Shown one piece after another: positions 37,254 through 40,000 of a stretch of DNA of 40,000 nucleotides. The DNA lies in sequence record KU878088.1, one strand, 5' to 3'. The notes beneath the pieces are model-generated. The model made no database searches and was not told the origin of the DNA. It was given only the letters and a program-made list of their open reading frames with translations. The position numbers were made by a program, and so were the translations under genes. The stretch comes from Bacillus phage AR9. Numbering within the stretch: the first letter of the stretch is position 1; every line of letters starts with the position of its first letter.

Positions 37254-37856
37254 ATGTATGATTATTCTACTAGAAACCTAAGTTTTATTAAGATCTGGAA
37301 GTTTCTAAAAGATCAAGGTATAAAAAATAATAAATTCTTTTTAAAATTAAATGATGAAACATTACAAGGTGTTGATCCATATGATCCAAATTTAACTGAT
37401 GAACAAAAGGTAAGAATACAGGTTGAAGTAATGACTAACTTTTGGTATTTCTTGAGGGAAGTAGTGCGAATTCCTGAATCGGGTGGTTCTATTCATTTCA
37501 TGCTACACAGAGCTAATCTCGGTCAAATGTTTCTTATGGAAAATAATATTGATATGATTGAGATACTACCTCGTCAGAATGGAAAAACAATTGGGGCTGT
37601 ATGTCGATATATATGGGTATATCATTGGGCTACCAAAAATACTCATATGATTTTTAGTAATAAACAATACGCCGATTCCCAATTAAATATTAAACGTTTC
37701 AATGATATAACAGAATTATTACCAAGTTATTTAAAAACGCATTTAGACCCTAAAAAAGATACAAATAACTTAGCTCAAATTTCATGTGCAAAGAATAATA
37801 ATAAAATTGATGCAATGAGTACTGCTAGGACTGTTACTGACGCTGACAAACTGGGT
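37254..37856 (+). CDS. Terminase large subunit, exon 1
   Basis: FLREVVRIPE...FMLHRANLGQMF...MIEILPRQNGKTIGAVCRYIWVYHWA (Walker A-like) ending ...TVTDADKLG. Confidence 0.88.
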
Positions 37857-38145
37857 TAACTAACTATGGCTCAGTATAAACTCCTTTAATTTCTGGAACG
37901 TCCTTCCAAGGATAATCAGAAGCTAAGACTTTTAAAAGTAAAGTTCAACGACTATCGAAACCGACTTATCAGATCGTTGTGATAACGCTAGATAGGGATA
38001 AGGGAGTAGAGTAGAATACAAGCTATAGGTATTCAAAAAGGGGAGCGCCGTATTTAGGTGAAGATATAGTCTCATCTCTATGGTAACATAGAGCAGTTCA
38101 TAAGAGAACGGTATAGGCGTAGCGAACCTATATGAAGGTAACTTG
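37857..38145 (+). other. Group I intron 1 of terminase gene (289 nt)
   Basis: Perfect 6-bp P1 CUGGGU|UAACUAACUAUGGCUCAG; GTTCAACGACTATCGAAACC; GATATAGTCTCATC; AGCAGTTCATAAGAGAACGG; ends GAAGGTAACTTG. Confidence 0.9.
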
Positions 38146-38173
38146 CGTGGTTGTACAGTGCCAATTATATGGT
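38146..38173 (+). CDS. Terminase large subunit, exon 2 (28-nt microexon)
   Basis: CGTGGTTGTACAGTGCCAATTATATGGT = RGCTVPIIW(Y), needed to reach the Walker B motif. Confidence 0.82.
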
Positions 38174-38485
38174 TAAATTTTTAGCCCATTATAATAGTGA
38201 TATTATAATGAATCCTTCTTAACTGCTGGGATATCCTTTTAGGACAATCAGCATCCAAGCATTGTTATATAAATAACAATGAAGGTTCAACGACTATCGA
38301 AACCGACTTATCAGATCGTTGTGATAACGCTAGATATGGGTAAGGGAGTAGAGTACGACTCAAGCGATTGGAGTTGGAAATGGAAGGCATCTCAATGAGA
38401 TGAAGATATAGTCTCATCTTCATGGTAACATGGAGCAGTTCATAAGAGAACGGTATAGGTGTAGCGAACCTATATGAAGATAATG
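38174..38485 (+). other. Group I intron 2 of terminase gene (312 nt)
   Basis: Same core blocks GGACAATCAGCATCC, GTTCAACGACTATCGAAACC, GATATAGTCTCATC, GAGCAGTTCATAAGAGAACGG; ends GAAGATAATG. Confidence 0.88.
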
Positions 38486-38529
38486 ATGATGAATTTGCAT
38501 TTTTAAAATATAATGATACGGTATACGCT
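38486..38529 (+). CDS. Terminase large subunit, exon 3 (44-nt)
   Basis: (Y)DEFAFLKYNDTVYA, Walker B region. Confidence 0.85.
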
Positions 38530-38849
38530 AAACTGGTGCAAACTGGCGTATTAAAACTCTCTTAACTGCTGGAAACTCCTAAAGTCTTTAGTACCAAAGT
38601 GTAATAATCTAAAGGATATATGGACAATCAGCATCCAAGCATTGTTATAAATAACAATGAAGGTTCAACGACTATCGAAAAATATAATTTGTATTATGTT
38701 GAGTAGAGTACTTTCAAGCGAAAGGAAAAGGAGAGCATGATGAAGGTATTAAATACTGGAGTGAAGATATAGTCTCATCTCTATGGAAACATAGAGCAGT
38801 TCATAAGAGAACGCATTAGACGTAGCGAATCTAATGGAAGGTAATTATG
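38530..38849 (+). other. Group I intron 3 of terminase gene (320 nt)
   Basis: Perfect 6-bp P1 UACGCU / GGCGUA; GGACAATCAGCATCC; GTTCAACGACTATCG; GATATAGTCTCATC; ends GAAGGTAATTATG. Confidence 0.9.
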
Positions 38850-38933
38850 AGTGCTGCACCAGCACTATCAAAAGCGTCAGAAGCCGCACAGCGTAATGGT
38901 ACTCCTTATGGGAAATTAATTACAACAACTCCT
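38850..38933 (+). CDS. Terminase large subunit, exon 4 (84-nt)
   Basis: SAAPALSKASEAAQRNGTPYGKLITTTP, coupling-motif region of terminase ATPase. Confidence 0.88.
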
Positions 38934-39243
38934 AAACTATTGGGCAATACATTAGTAATAATGTAATTGAATCTTCCTTAACTGCTGGAAAATCCTATAT
39001 GGACAATCAGCATCCAAGCATTGTTATAAATAACAATGAAGGTTCAACGACTATCGAAACCACTCTAACAGATCGTTGTGATAACGCTAGTTAGAAGGAA
39101 GGGAGTAGAGTACAACCTAAGTGATTGAGGTTGGAAAAGGGAAGCATCTCAATGAGATGAAGATATAGTCTCATCTTCATGGTAACATGAAGCAGTTCAT
39201 AAGAGAACGCATTAGATGTAGCGAATCTAATGGAAGATAAATG
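38934..39243 (+). other. Group I intron 4 of terminase gene (310 nt)
   Basis: GGACAATCAGCATCC, GTTCAACGACTATCGAAACC, GATATAGTCTCATC, GAAGCAGTTCATAAGAGAACGC; ends GAAGATAAATG; joins TTTP-NDLDTEMG in frame. Confidence 0.88.
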
Positions 39244-40000
39244 AATGATCTTGATACAGAAATGGGTAAATATTGTAAGGGTATGATTGATGATGCATGT
39301 CCATTTGATGAAGCTTGGTATGATTGGGATATTGATGAAATTAAAAAATATATTGAACAGAACTCTCGAAATGACTTTGTTTATTTAGTATTTAACTATA
39401 AAGAGTTAGGGCATGATGACAAATGGTATCAAAAACAATGTCGTCAGCTCAATAATGACTTATTAAAAATTAAACGTGAAATATTATTAGAATGGACATT
39501 GGCTAACGATACTTCACCTTTTTCAGAGGAACAATTAGCAGAAATTGAGCAACATGCAGGTGAACCTATTGGTAAGTTTTATGTAATGAAAAGATATAAA
39601 TTTGAAATTTTCAGTGAAATGCGAAATATATTTAAAAAATCATGGCTAATCGGTATAGATATTGGAGCAGGTTTGAATCGAGATTTTACAGTGATATCTA
39701 TTATTGATCCTAAAGATATGGTTCAAAAAGCAGTATTTAGAAGTAATAATATATCTTTACCTGATTTAAAAGATTTGGTTATACACCTAGTATTAGAATT
39801 TTGTCCTAATGGTGTCATTATTCCAGAACGAAATAACTTAGGTATCTCTTTAATACAAGATCTACTACGTTCAGAAGTAGCTAATAACTTATATTATGAA
39901 GTTAGAGAAGTAAAGGGAGAAAAGAAAGTTGATGACCCAAAAAGATCATCTAAAAAGACAGTTAAGACTAAAACAAGAGTTTATGGGGTTACTACTAGTA
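39244..40000 (+). CDS. Terminase large subunit, exon 5 (runs off the window)
   Basis: NDLDTEMGKYCKGMIDDACPFDEAWYD...WLIGIDIGAGLNRDFTVISIIDP nuclease domain. Confidence 0.88.

Noticed and set aside
37857-39243. Repeated blocks interpreted as CRISPR or direct-repeat array
   Set aside because: The repeats are about 290-320 nt apart with long variable sequence and match group I intron core segments flanked by in-frame terminase exons; no short repeat-spacer pattern.
1-40000. tRNA genes
   Set aside because: No convincing cloverleaf with T-arm GGTTCGAATCC-like sequence was seen by eye; the GTTCAACGACTATC hits are intron core elements. A tRNAscan-SE run would be needed to exclude them.

Overview
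AT-rich, gene-dense, mostly + strand window that looks like part of a large (jumbo-type) tailed phage of a Firmicute. Supported genes: PIN-PhoH ATPase, NUDIX hydrolase, AAA+ ATPase, RecA/UvsX-like recombinase, YdbC/PC4-like ssDNA-binding protein, NAD-dependent DNA ligase, HU-like protein, a split phage RNA polymerase beta subunit (N-terminal half 25808-27298, C-terminal half 15671-17668), and a virion block (prohead protease, core/scaffold-like proteins, T4-gp23-type major capsid protein, metalloprotease, large terminase). The most striking layer is RNA processing. I find seven group I introns by sequence: two in an HD-domain + RpoB-C-terminus-like gene (exons 4928-6169, 6498-6605, 7823-8023; the second intron carries an EDxHD/Vsr-like homing endonuclease), one in the prohead protease (minus strand), and four closely packed in the terminase large-subunit gene, giving exons of 28, 44 and 84 nt around the Walker B motif. 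Other leads: a fusion of an HD hydrolase with an RpoB C-terminal module lacking the catalytic RHGNKG block; a sigma-region-4-like plus alphaCTD-like fusion protein; T4-gp21-like cleavage motifs shared by several proteins including the HD-RpoB fusion; a homing endonuclease ORF running into the ribozyme core; and an AT-rich promoter-like motif upstream of several genes. All family calls come from reading motifs, not from database searches.
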